Shown: positions 49,801-61,870, numbered from the stretch's first letter. The stretch: DNA of 64,000 nucleotides from Nemertoderma westbladi (GCA_032718475.1 JAUCBJ010001059.1:1-64000); one strand, 5' to 3'. Translations and numbers: made by a program. The notes: generated by a model not told the origin, from the letters alone.

Positions 49801-52800
49801 CGGAATGCATCCGGCTGTATGCGGTACAGTGTTACACAATGTTCCGCACCAGATACGGAATGCATCCGGCTGTACGCGGTACAGTGTTACACAATGTACC
49901 GCAACAGATACGGAATGCATCCGGCTGTACGCGGTACAGTGTTACACAATGTACCGTACCAGATACGGAATGCAACCGGCTGTACGCGGTACAGTGTTAC
50001 ACAATGTACCGTACCAGATACGGAATGCAACCGGCTGTACGCGGTACAGTGTTACACAATGTACCGCACCAGATACGGAACGCATCCGGCTGTACGCGGT
50101 ACAGTGTTACACAATGTACCGCAACAGATACGGAATGCATCCGGCTGTACGCGGTACAGTGTTACACAATGTTCCGCACCAGATACGGAATGCATCCGGC
50201 TGTACGCGGTACAGTGTTACACAATGTACCGCAACAGATACGGAATGCATCCGGCTGTACGCGGTACAGTGTTACACAATGTACCGCACCAGATACGGAA
50301 TGCATCCGGCTGTACGCGGTACAGTGTTACACAATGTACCGTACCAGATACGGAATGCAACCGGCTGTACGCGGTACAGTGTTACACAATGTACCGCACC
50401 AGATACGGAACGCATCCGGCTGTACGCGGTACAGTGTTACACAATGTACCGTACCAGATACGGAATGCATCCGGCTGTACGCGGTACAGTGTTACACAAT
50501 GTACCGTACCAGATACGGAACGCATCCGGCTGTACGCGGTACAGTGTTACACAATGTACCGTACCAGATACGGAATGCAACCGGCTGTACGCGGTACAGT
50601 GTTACACAATGTACCGCACCAGATACGGAACGCATCCGGCTGTACGCGGTACAGTGTTACACAATGTACCGTACCAGATACGGCATGCATCCGGCTGTAC
50701 TGTACGCGGTACAGTGTTACACAATGTACCGTACCAGATACGGAATGCATCCGGCTGTACTGTACGCGGTACAGTGTTACACAATGTACCGTACCAGATA
50801 CGGAACGCATCCGGCTGTACGCGGTACAGTGTTACACAATGTACCGTACCAGATACGGAATGCATCCGGCTGTACGCGGTACAGTGTTACACAATGTACC
50901 GTACCAGATACGGAATGCATCCGGCTGTACGCGGTACAGTGTTACACAATGTACCGCAACAGATACGAAATGCATCCGGCTGTACTGTACGCGGTACAGT
51001 GTTACACAATGTACCGTACCAGATACGGAATGCATCCGGCTGTACGCGGTACAGTGTTACACAATGTACCGCACCAGATACGGAACGCATCCGGCTGTAC
51101 TGTACGCGGTACAGTGTTACACAATGTACCGTACCAGATACGGAATGCATCCGGCTGTACGCGGTACAGTGTTACACAATGTTCCGCACCAGATACGGAA
51201 CGCATCCGGCTGTACGCGGTACAGTGTTACACAATGTACCGTACCAGATACGGAATGCATCCGGCTGTACGCGGTACAGTGTTACACAATGTGCCGCACC
51301 AGATACGGAATGCATCCGGCTGTACGCGGTACAGTGTTACACAATGTACCGCACCAGATACGGAACGCATCCGGCTGTACTGTACGCGGTACAGTGTTAC
51401 ACAATGTACCGTACCAGATACGGAATGCATCCGGCTGTACGCGGTACAGTGTTACACAATGTACCGCACCAGATACGGAATGCATCCGGCTGTACTGTAC
51501 GCGGTACAGTGTTACACAATGTACCGCAACAGATACGAAATGCATCCGGCTGTACTGTACGCGGTACAGTGTTACACAATGTACCGTACCAGATACGGAA
51601 TGCATCCGGCTGTACGCGGTACAGTGTTACACAATGTTCCGCACCAGATACGGAACGCATCCGGCTGTACGCGGTACAGTGTTACACAATGTACCGTACC
51701 AGATACGGAATGCAACCGGCTGTACGCGGTACAGTGTTACACAATATACCGCACCAGATACGGAACGCATCCGGCTGTACTGTACGCGGTACAGTGTTAC
51801 ACAATGTACCGCACCAGATACGGAATGCATCCGGCTGTACGCGGTACAGTGTTACACAATGTACCGCAACAGATACGGAATGCATCCGGCTGTATGCGGT
51901 ACAGTGTTACACAATGTTCCGCACCAGATACGGAATGCATCCGGCTGTACGCGGTACAGTGTTACACAATGTACCGCAACAGATACGGAATGCATCCGGC
52001 TGTACGCGGTACAGTGTTACACAATGTACCGTACCAGATACGGAATGCAACCGGCTGTACGCGGTACAGTGTTACACAATGTACCGTACCAGATACGGAA
52101 TGCAACCGGCTGTACGCGGTACAGTGTTACACAATGTACCGCACCAGATACGGAACGCATCCGGCTGTACGCGGTACAGTGTTACACAATGTACCGCAAC
52201 AGATACGGAATGCATCCGGCTGTACGCGGTACAGTGTTACACAATGTTCCGCACCAGATACGGAATGCATCCGGCTGTACGCGGTACAGTGTTACACAAT
52301 GTACCGCACCAGATACGGAACGCATCCGGCTGTACTGTACGCGGTACAGTGTTACACAATGTACCGCACCAGATACGGAATGCATCCGGCTGTACGCGGT
52401 ACAGTGTTACACAATGCACCGTACCAGATACGGAATGCAACCGGCTGTACGCGGTACAGTGTTACACAATGTACCGCACCAGATACGGAACGCATCCGGC
52501 TGTACGCGGTACAGTGTTACACAATGTACCGTACCAGATACGGAATGCATCCGGCTGTACGCGGTACAGTGTTACACAATGTACCGTACCAGATACGGAA
52601 CGCATCCGGCTGTACGCGGTACAGTGTTACACAATGTACCGTACCAGATACGGAATGCAACCGGCTGTACGCGGTACAGTGTTACACAATGTACCGCACC
52701 AGATACGGAACGCATCCGGCTGTACGCGGTACAGTGTTACACAATGTACCGTACCAGATACGGCATGCATCCGGCTGTACTGTACGCGGTACAGTGTTAC

Positions 52801-55800
52801 ACAATGTACCGTACCAGATACGGAATGCATCCGGCTGTACTGTACGCGGTACAGTGTTACACAATGTACCGTACCAGATACGGAACGCATCCGGCTGTAC
52901 GCGGTACAGTGTTACACAATGTACCGTACCAGATACGGAATGCATCCGGCTGTACGCGGTACAGTGTTACACAATGTACCGTACCAGATACGGAATGCAT
53001 CCGGCTGTACGCGGTACAGTGTTACACAATGTACCGCAACAGATACGAAATGCATCCGGCTGTACTGTGCTATGTTGTGAGGTGAGCCGAAAGATAGAAC
53101 AAGAGTTTATCTGAAGCATGTACACAACATAATAATCAATATAATACATATATAGATGTGATAGATAAGTCAGCAGTCAGGTGGGCGCCGACTGCATAGC
53201 AGATATACCAGATACCGGTATGGTAGGTATCAGTATGCTATAAGAAGAACGGTACAGCAGTAAGGTATATGCAGTAAGGTAACCGACAGAACAGTATAAC
53301 ATACATATATACTATATGGCTACGAGTAGGTCACGAGTATCTCTCATCTCCCCCTTTCAGTTTTAGTGAGTCTGGGAATATATGTCAGTACCTCTCACCT
53401 CCCCCTTTCAGTCTGGGAGATCGTCGCGGGATGATTTTTGACCTCACCTCGTCATCGAATGTAATGTTGCGTTTGGGTGGGGACCCACGAGGTGTGTCCG
53501 GATTGGACGGTGTGGAAGGAGAGTTGCGTGCTCCGACAAAGCGACGGAGGTATCGACGGTTGCGTATGAGTTTGCGCCCATTCGAGAGGAGGATTTCGAA
53601 GCGGCGGAACCCGAGTTTTCCCACGATAGTGCCAGTGCGGTCCCACAGGCGTGTCCGTTGACTTTGTAGACGGACCGTCTCACCGAGAGTAAGCGGTGGG
53701 AGGGGATGTGCGGATAGGTTATAACGATCAGCCATGTCCTGTTTAAGGATACCAGCTCGAATAACAGAATCGGTGGTCGGCTTTGTGGCAAAGGAAGCAG
53801 GGTGTACTGGCACGCGGGATCGCATTGAACGTCCATAGAGTAACTGCGCAGGGGACAAACCAGTGGCAGATGGGGTGTTTCGCCACTCAAGGATGGCCTC
53901 AGCAAATGCGCGTTGATCAAGATGTTTATTAGCGGTTTGACACTTTTTTACGAGGGCCTTCATGGCATGAACCGCAGATTCGGCATGGCCATTGGATTGT
54001 GGATATTCAGGCGAGGAGATGCGGTGTGTCACCGACCAGTCGTGGAGGAAGTTGCGGAACTCCTCTGACGTGAACTGGGGCCCTCCATCTGTAGATAGTT
54101 CGACCGGGGCACCATAGTCCCGGAAGTATTGGGTAAATGAGTCAATAAGGTGGCGTGTAGAGGGGCATGTGCGGTATGCCTCAACTATGGGCCAACCAGT
54201 GTGTCGATCAGCATATACAAGGTAATATTGATATGCGTAGGAGTACAGATCAGCGGAACATTGCTCAAATGGTCGATTTGGAAGCGGGGTTGAAATTAAG
54301 TCCTCATGTGGTTGACTACGTTGGTATAGTTGACACGAGTCACATGACTCGACAGTGTTTTTGATGTCGGAATTCATGCCGGGCCAGTAGAACGCCTGGC
54401 GCGCGCGACGCTTGGTACGAACAATGCCTTGATGCGAGGCATGTAACCGCTTAAGGATTTCACGACGAATGGAACTTGGGATAATGATCCTGGCTCCATA
54501 TAGAATGAGGTCGCCGTCGATTGACAGTTCCGGTAGTATACTTTTATATTGATGGACTGACTGTTTCGGTATGTCGTCAGTGTCTTTACCATTGGCAAGG
54601 TAATGGTACAGATGCTGGTAGGGGATATCTGTTTTAGCAGCGTTGATGATGATGTCGAGAGCAGGGTCATGACTGGGATGTCCGTCGGCGACTGATTCAT
54701 CATCTATAGCACTGACTCGTTGGATGACGGCTGTGTGGTGGTCATCTTGGAATAATACTTCATCACTGGGTTGCGGGTCGGAGGTAGGAGCTCGTGAGAG
54801 AGCGTCGGCTGAGTGATTGTCCTTCCCTGGGACCCATTTAGCTGTAAACGTATATGGGGCAAGTTTCTCGCGGAGGCGTTGGAGACGGGGGTTCTCAATG
54901 AGGTCGAGGGTGAACCTGTTGAGGATAGGAATTAATGGTTTGTGGTCAACTTCGATGTCAAAGTGTGTGAGGCCTTGGAGATATAACTTGCACTTTGATG
55001 CAGCCCATACGACAGCAAGTAATTCAAGCTCACACATAGCGTAGCGTGATTCGGTATTAGTTGTGAAACGAGAGCCACATTGAATGAGACGCCAGCTCGG
55101 AGGTGAGTTAAGATCAGCGTTGTGATTTTGCAGCAACACATATCCTAAGCCTTGGAGACGAGACGCATCCGTGCGAAGGACGGTGGGCAACACAGGGTTA
55201 AAAGGTTGAAGCACTGGTGGGGAGACCAAAGCGGCTTTAACGGCATTAAAGGCGGCGGTGTGCACGTCCAACCAGAGAAATGAGTTGCGAGTTTGCAGCA
55301 GCGGTCGTAAGGGAGCGGCAACAGCGGCGATTTCATTGGAGAACTCGCCGAGTTGGTTAACTAAACCAAAAAATGAGCGGAGCTCACGGATGTTCGTTGG
55401 GATGGGGAATTCCGAGATGGCTGATACCCGGCTGGGATCAGCTTCGACACCAGTGTGGCCAACAATATAGCCAGCAAACTCAACACTTGGCTGCGCAAAA
55501 ACGATTTTGTCAGGGTTTAGAGTTATTGAAGCATTACGACATCGGGTTAAAAGTTCCGAAACAATAGTGACGTGTTCGTCAAACGTTGTTGTATAAACGA
55601 TGATGTCGTCTACAATTTTTCTACTATTTGTTAGGCCCTCGAGTGCAGCATCGCCTCGACGGCAATATTCATCCCCGGAGCATGATAGACCCATCGGTGC
55701 GCGAAGATACATATAGCGTCCATATGGGGTCAGGAATGTAGTGAGAGGTTGGCTGTCCTCGTCAAGAGGTATTTGCCAGTACCCATGGGTCGCATCGAAT

Positions 55801-58800
55801 TTGGAAAAGTAGCGCATTCCATGGGGAATTGAGAATACTACATCGCGGGGTGATGGAAAGGGATGAACTGGTCGGTGTATATGAATATTCAACCGTGTAT
55901 GGTCAACGCACATACGTAATTTACCGTTCTTTTTCGTTGTCACGACCAGGGGACTAACAAACTCAGTTGGGTAGTCCACTTTTGAAATAACTCCCTTTAA
56001 TTCCATCTGATTGAGGTTTTCTTTGATTTCCTCGCGGTAAGCAAATGGTATGGGGCGAGCGGCGTGGACTGCGTACGCCTCGTATCCCTTTTTCATGTAG
56101 ATATGCATAGGGTCACCAGACATGGTGGGCAGTTCGACATTAGGTGAACTCCCGGCAAACACGTCATTGAATTCGCAAACAAGCTGTTGGTGGGTGTTTT
56201 CGATAGTTTTTATAGGTGTGTCGTCCGTGATTGGCGGTGGGGTTGACACAGTAAGCAGGTTCCCTCGTTGAGCGGTTATATAGCCGGGAATTGGAAATTC
56301 TGGGGCTAATAGTCCGTGCTGTTTACATACAATGTATGACATTAGAAACCCATCGAAATCGGAGGTAATATATGCAACGGTGGGTATACAACGTTCATAG
56401 TAAATTATATTAATTGAAATGGAACCAAGACATTCCATTTGTGTTTTATTTGCAGCTAACAGCGGTATGACGTCATTGGGGTTGATATACTGGGTTAAAC
56501 CATGGGTTTCGACAATAGAATTCGAAATTATGGTGTCATCCGCCCCAGTATCAACTACTGATGAATTTATGAAAAAGGTTGCATCATGGCAGGAGACAGA
56601 GACGCGTATCCTAGGTGGTTTCGATGAAACAGCATAAATGAATGCATTATTGTTGTTTATGTTTCCATCCTCGAGATCGGTTGCAATATAGCTATTATGG
56701 GAGGCTTTATTTGGATGCGACCGAGGGACAGGTTTAGGAGTCGTGGAGGTCGAGGTAGCGGACTGTTTCTTACCGCAAACAGGAGCTATGTGACCTTGTA
56801 TACCACAAGCGTGACAGGTACTGGATCGATGCGGGCACTGACTCCGTTCGTGGGCTGAGTAACACTTTTGACAAGATTTTCGCCGTTCATAAGGTTGCTG
56901 GTTGGAGCGGGGGGCGGAGGGACTCCGTCTTTGTTTGTGGCGTGGGCCTCGGTACCGTGGGTTGGAGGTTGATCGACCGCGGTGCTGTTCTGAATCTGTT
57001 GCATGTTTCCAACCGGATGTAGAATTTCCAGGGCCAGAAACTTTCAATGTTTTGGAGACTGCACCAGTAGCATCGCGGCGTGATTGTTCCCGGGCTCAAC
57101 AAACCTTAAGAACATCGTCCAGGGTGGGGTCATCGTACTGTTCGAATATTTTCTCCCTGAGTTCGTCATCGTTGATGCCGGAAATAATTTGGGTCATAAG
57201 TTGCTGTTCCGAGCAATGGTTACAGGGTTCGGAATTACTCTGTAAGTCGGACAAGCGGACATAGTAGTCATCAAAGGATTCGCCCTGAGACTGTTTAGTG
57301 CGGGTAAACTCCACACGGCGGCACACAACGTTGGTTTTGCGACGATAATGAGCAAGGAGTTGGTCGAGAATTTCGTTGACCGTCATGGTGTCGGTGACGT
57401 GCATGATGACTCGCATCGCATCCTGAGTTTTACGGGAGATGCAGCCATAAAGGTGAACAACCTGGGCTGCGAGGTCGAGAGAGAGGATGTCGTTAACGTT
57501 ATAAAAGCGTTCGAACTGTTCTCGCCAGGTTTTGAACTGCGCTAGGGTATAGTCGTTTGTTAATGGTTCGGGTTTGTAAGAGGAATCCACGCGGCGGGAT
57601 GTCCTGTGGTCGCCAGCGGCAGCGGGCGCGGGGCCGTGGCCGGGGGCTATGGCAGCGCCGCGCGGGCCCTGGGTACCAGGAACCGGTACGGCTGGGCGTT
57701 GTTGATCCGTGAGGAACTGGAAGAAGGCGTTTTGCTGGTCGCGTGCAGCGGCCTGCTGTTCGCGGATGAAACCCATTAACACAGCGACGGAATCGCCTTC
57801 CACGGTTCGGTAAACTTCCTCCACGCCAGGGTTGGAGGTGATGTCGGACACATTATGTTCGCGGACAAATTTCATAATTATGCAACGCATAGAATCTGTG
57901 TTCGTCTTGGCGTCGACGCTGATGCTGAACTGTGTGGCCCACTCCCGGAGTTGATCCCGTGGCTGCGTGGGGCGTCAGCAACGTCAGCCAAAGATGGTAA
58001 ATCTTCCAAGTTGGATGCCATAACAGATACGGTGATACAGAAAATGTGTACCAGTGTACAGTTGAGTAAAGTACGGTATGGTATTGCAGTATTGAGAACG
58101 GTATTGCAAAGTTCAGAAGTTGGGGTGTATCGCTGAGGTAGCAGACTACACAAACTGCGCCATGCTATGTTGTGAGGTGAGCCGAAAGATAGAACAAGAG
58201 TTTATCTGAAGCATGTACACAACATAATAATCAATATAATACATATATAGATGTGATAGATAAGTCAGCAGTCAGGTGGGCGCCGACTGCATAGCAGATA
58301 TACCAGATACCGGTATGGTAGGTATCAGTATGCTATAAGAAGAACGGTACAGCAGTAAGGTATATGCAGTAAGGTAACCGACAGAACAGTATAACATACA
58401 TATATACTATATGGCTACGAGTAGGTCACGAGTATCTCTCATACTGTACGCGGTACAGTGTTACACAATGTACCGTACCAGATACGGAATGCATCCGGCT
58501 GTACGCGGTACAGTGTTACACAATGTACCGCACCAGATACGGAACGCATCCGGCTGTACTGTACGCGGTACAGTGTTACACAATGTACCGTACCAGATAC
58601 GGAATGCATCCGGCTGTACGCGGTACAGTGTTACACAATGTTCCGCACCAGATACGGAACGCATCCGGCTGTACGCGGTACAGTGTTACACAATGTACCG
58701 TACCAGATACGGAATGCATCCGGCTGTACGCGGTACAGTGTTACACAATGTGCCGCACCAGATACGGAATGCATCCGGCTGTACGCGGTACAGTGTTACA

Positions 58801-61800
58801 CAATGTACCGCACCAGATACGGAACGCATCCGGCTGTACTGTACGCGGTACAGTGTTACACAATGTACCGTACCAGATACGGAATGCATCCGGCTGTACG
58901 CGGTACAGTGTTACACAATGTACCGCACCAGATACGGAACGCATCCGGCTGTACGCGGTACAGTGTTACACAATGTACCGTACCAGATACGGAATGCATC
59001 CGGCTGTACGCGGTACAGTGTTACACAATGTACCGTACCAGATACGGAACGCATCCGGCTGTACGCGGTACAGTGTTACACAATGTACCGTACCAGATAC
59101 GGAATGCAACCGGCTGTACGCGGTACAGTGTTACACAATGTACCGCACCAGATACGGAACGCATCCGGCTGTACGCGGTACAGTGTTACACAATGTACCG
59201 TACCAGATACGGCATGCATCCGGCTGTACTGTACGCGGTACAGTGTTACACAATGTACCGTACCAGATACGGAATGCATCCGGCTGTACTGTACGCGGTA
59301 CAGTGTTACACAATGTACCGTACCAGATACGGAACGCATCCGGCTGTACGCGGTACAGTGTTACACAATGTACCGTACCAGATACGGAATGCATCCGGCT
59401 GTACGCGGTACAGTGTTACACAATGTACCGTACCAGATACGGAATGCATCCGGCTGTACGCGGTACAGTGTTACACAATGTACCGCAACAGATACGAAAT
59501 GCATCCGGCTGTACTGTACGCGGTACAGTGTTACACAATGTACCGTACCAGATACGGAATGCATCCGGCTGTACGCGGTACAGTGTTACACAATGTACCG
59601 CACCAGATACGGAACGCATCCGGCTGTACTGTACGCGGTACAGTGTTACACAATGTACCGTACCAGATACGGAATGCATCCGGCTGTACGCGGTACAGTG
59701 TTACACAATGTTCCGCACCAGATACGGAACGCATCCGGCTGTACGCGGTACAGTGTTACACAATGTACCGTACCAGATACGGAATGCATCCGGCTGTACG
59801 CGGTACAGTGTTACACAATGTGCCGCACCAGATACGGAATGCATCCGGCTGTACGCGGTACAGTGTTACACAATGTACCGCACCAGATACGGAACGCATC
59901 CGGCTGTACTGTACGCGGTACAGTGTTACACAATGTACCGTACCAGATACGGAATGCATCCGGCTGTACGCGGTACAGTGTTACACAATGTACCGCACCA
60001 GATACGGAATGCATCCGGCTGTACTGTACGCGGTACAGTGTTACACAATGTACCGCAACAGATACGAAATGCATCCGGCTGTACTGTACGCGGTACAGTG
60101 TTACACAATGTACCGTACCAGATACGGAATGCATCCGGCTGTACGCGGTACAGTGTTACACAATGTTCCGCACCAGATACGGAACGCATCCGGCTGTACG
60201 CGGTACAGTGTTACACAATGTACCGTACCAGATACGGAATGCATCCGGCTGTACGCGGTACAGTGTTACACAATGTGCCGCACCAGATACGGAATGCATC
60301 CGGCTGTACGCGGTACAGTGTTACACAATGTACCGCACCAGATACGGAACGCATCCGGCTGTACTGTACGCGGTACAGTGTTACACAATGTACCGTACCA
60401 GATACGGAATGCATCCGGCTGTACGCGGTACAGTGTTACACAATGTACCGTACCAGATACGGAATGCAACCGGCTGTACGCGGTACAGTGTTACACAATG
60501 TACCGCAACAGATACGGAATGCATCCGGCTGTACGCGGTACAGTGTTACACAATGTACCGCACCAGATACGGAATGCATCCGGCTGTACGCGGTACAGTG
60601 TTACACAATGTGCCGCACCAGATACGGAACGCATCCGGCTGTACGCGGTACAGTGTTACACAATGTACCGCACCAGATACGGAACGCATCCGGCTGTACT
60701 GTACGCGGTACAGTGTTACACAATGTACCGCAACAGATACGGAATGCATCCGGCTGTACGCGGTACAGTGTTACACAATGTACCGCACCAGATACGGAAT
60801 GCATCCGGCTGTACGCGGTACAGTGTTACACAATGTACCGCACCAGATACGGAACGCATCCGGCTGTACTGTACGCGGTACAGTGTTACACAATGTACCG
60901 CAACAGATACGGAATGCATCCGGCTGTACGCGGTACAGTGTTACACAATGTACCGCACCAGATACGGAATGCATCCGGCTGTACGCGGTACAGTGTTACA
61001 CAATGTACCGCACCAGATACGGAATGCATCCGGCTGTACGCGGTACAGTGTTACACAATGTACCGTACCAGATACGGAATGCATCCGGCTGTACGCGGTA
61101 CAGTGTTACACAATGTACCGCACCAGATACGGAACGCATCCGGCTGTACTGTACGCGGTACAGTGTTACACAATGTACCGCACCAGATACGGAACGCATC
61201 CGGCTGTACTGTACGCGGTACAGTGTTACACAATGTACCGTACCAGATACGGAATGCATCCGGCTGTACGCGGTACAGTGTTACACAATGTACCGTACCA
61301 GATACGGAATGCATCCGGCTGTACGCGGTACAGTGTTACACAATGTACAGTACCAGATAAGGAATGCATCCGGCTGTACGCGGTACAGTGTTACACAATG
61401 TACCGTACCAGATACGGAATGCATCCGGCTGTACGCGGTACAGTGTTACACAATGTGCCGCACCAGATACGGAATGCATCCGGCTGTACGCGGTACAGTG
61501 TTACACAATGTACCGCACCAGATATCTTACTAACCTCCATCGGGTGACAGGGGATGAGGTGGTGACGTAGATATTGTTGTAGACGTAGACGACGGTGTTG
61601 ATGAAGCCTTAGATGATGGTTGGACGGAGGCCGATAGATAGTCAACCTGACGGGGGATCGATTGGGGCCAAGCCGACGATGGGGACAGACGGAGAACACC
61701 TGACGTATCGGTATCCATGGTTACAGAATGCGGCAATGTAGGGGAGCCAGATGATGGGGTAACCAATGGGTGGAGGTCCTCATTATGTGACGTCACAACG

Positions 61801-61870
61801 CTACCAGGTGACGTCACTGCGTGGCCAGACTTGACTGAGTGGAATTTCTCGATGAATTTCCGATTGCGAT
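40893..61870 (-). CDS. NPAT: NPAT/Mxc-like histone locus body scaffold protein, 3' exons (5' end beyond the right edge)
   Basis: Exons 61870-61535, 47973-~47836 (or 47753; donor uncertain), 47689-47519 and a 3.9-kb last exon 44813-40893, with compatible phases. Three motifs match recalled human NPAT: EELISNEGFSSRLAFNINK (EKILSNKSLQEKLAENINK), SLDELLSMP...TDPALDQLLDM (SIDEFLGLP...SDPAFQALFDL) and C-terminal EIDSFLDSIDYS (DVDKFLLSLHYDE). Otherwise S/T/P-rich with many SP/TP sites. Confidence 0.75.
44914..47279. mobile_element. Composite intronic element bounded by a 19-bp inverted repeat
   Basis: tcactaaaagtggccaaaa (44914) / ttttggccacttttagtga (to 47279). No clear TSD. Contains a ccccctgtaatg/cattacaggggg MITE-like piece (~45090-45400) and a LINE remnant. 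Confidence 0.5.
46330..47025 (+). mobile_element. 3' fragment of a non-LTR retrotransposon ORF2
   Basis: EYEYLGVTMQ (post-RT YLG motif), IFKAKIAPIILYA, YCKRML, then a Cys/His-rich tail. Frameshifted. Confidence 0.6.
48295..53067. repeat. 55-bp satellite (with 60-bp variants), left block, ~85 units, NPAT intron
   Basis: Unit gtacgcggtacagtgttacacaatgtaccgcaccagatacggaatgcatccggct. The 60-bp variant has a duplicated tgtac. Confidence 0.98.
53068..53346 (-). repeat. 3' LTR (279 bp)
   Basis: Direct repeat of 58163-58441, preceded on - strand by a purine tract. Confidence 0.97.
53385..57095 (-). CDS. Gag C-terminus + Pol (zinc knuckles, protease, RT, RNase H, integrase)
   Basis: CQKCYSAHERSQC/CHACGIQGHIAPVC, VDTGA, FSKFDATHGYWQ, IVDDII, TDAS, HASHQG...CDSC, DGGPQF...YPQSNGHAE. 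In frame with the upstream gag ORF across a single TGA. Confidence 0.95.
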   Translation of the reverse strand, partial: AREQSRRDATGAVSKTLKVSGPGNSTSGWKHATDSEQHRGRSTSNPRYRGPRHKQRRSPSAPRSNQQPYERRKSCQKCYSAHERSQCPHRSSTCHACGIQGHIAPVCGKKQSATSTSTTPKPVPRSHPNKASHNSYIATDLEDGNINNNNAFIYAVSSKPPRIRVSVSCHDATFFINSSVVDTGADDTIISNSIVETHGLTQYINPNDVIPLLAANKTQMECLGSISINIIYYERCIPTVAYITSDFDGFLMSYIVCKQHGLLAPEFPIPGYITAQRGNLLTVSTPPPITDDTPIKTIENTHQQLVCEFNDVFAGSSPNVELPTMSGDPMHIYMKKGYEAYAVHAARPIPFAYREEIKENLNQMELKGVISKVDYPTEFVSPLVVTTKKNGKLRMCVDHTRLNIHIHRPVHPFPSPRDVVFSIPHGMRYFSKFDATHGYWQIPLDEDSQPLTTFLTPYGRYMYLRAPMGLSCSGDEYCRRGDAALEGLTNSRKIVDDIIVYTTTFDEHVTIVSELLTRCRNASITLNPDKIVFAQPSVEFAGYIVGHTGVEADPSRVSAISEFPIPTNIRELRSFFGLVNQLGEFSNEIAAVAAPLRPLLQTRNSFLWLDVHTAAFNAVKAALVSPPVLQPFNPVLPTVLRTDASRLQGLGYVLLQNHNADLNSPPSWRLIQCGSRFTTNTESRYAMCELELLAVVWAASKCKLYLQGLTHFDIEVDHKPLIPILNRFTLDLIENPRLQRLREKLAPYTFTAKWVPGKDNHSADALSRAPTSDPQPSDEVLFQDDHHTAVIQRVSAIDDESVADGHPSHDPALDIIINAAKTDIPYQHLYHYLANGKDTDDIPKQSVHQYKSILPELSIDGDLILYGARIIIPSSIRREILKRLHASHQGIVRTKRRARQAFYWPGMNSDIKNTVESCDSCQLYQRSQPHEDLISTPLPNRPFEQCSADLYSYAYQYYLVYADRHTGWPIVEAYRTCPSTRHLIDSFTQYFRDYGAPVELSTDGGPQFTSEEFRNFLHDWSVTHRISSPEYPQSNGHAESAVHAMKALVKKCQTANKHLDQRAFAEAILEWRNTPSATGLSPAQLLYGRSMRSRVPVHPASFATKPTTDSVIRAGILKQDMADRYNLSAHPLPPLTLGETVRLQSQRTRLWDRTGTIVGKLGFRRFEILLSNGRKLIRNRRYLRRFVGARNSPSTPSNPDTPRGSPPKRNITFDDEVRSKIIPRRSPRLKGGGERY
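57096..58021 (-). pseudogene. Gag N-terminal part, interrupted by an in-frame TGA and a probable 5' frameshift
   Basis: ORF 57890-57096 is Gag-like (FKTWREQF, RRVEFTRTKQSQGESFDDYYVRL, QIISGI) and ends KVC*AREQ in frame with pol. The upstream ATG at 58021 is in another frame. Confidence 0.75.
58163..58441 (-). repeat. 5' LTR (279 bp)
   Basis: Direct repeat of 53068-53346, followed on - strand by the PBS. Confidence 0.97.
58442..61524. repeat. 55-bp satellite, right block, ~55 units
   Basis: Same unit, in register across the TSD. Ends ~10 nt from the NPAT donor at 61534. Confidence 0.98.

Larger units (their letters stand above)
53068..58441 (-). mobile_element. Full-length Ty3/Gypsy (Mag-like) LTR retrotransposon inserted in the satellite
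   Basis: 279-bp LTRs 53068-53346 and 58163-58441 (TG...CA, no differences seen by eye), TSD TACTG at 53063-67 and 58442-46, PBS TGGCGCAGTT at 58162-58153, PPT at ~53358-53347. Confidence 0.98.

Noticed and set aside
48278-53114. Three ~1600-aa Cys/Tyr-rich ORFs (and ~1000-aa ones at 58411-61547)
   Set aside because: The 55-bp unit has no stop triplet on the + strand, so all frames stay open. They are satellite translations, antisense within an NPAT intron.
57096-57098. Alternative genetic code (TGA as sense) suggested by in-frame TGAs in TEs
   Set aside because: Drp1, WDR31 and the NPAT-like gene end in TGA at their expected C-termini. CGA>TGA mutation explains the TE stops.
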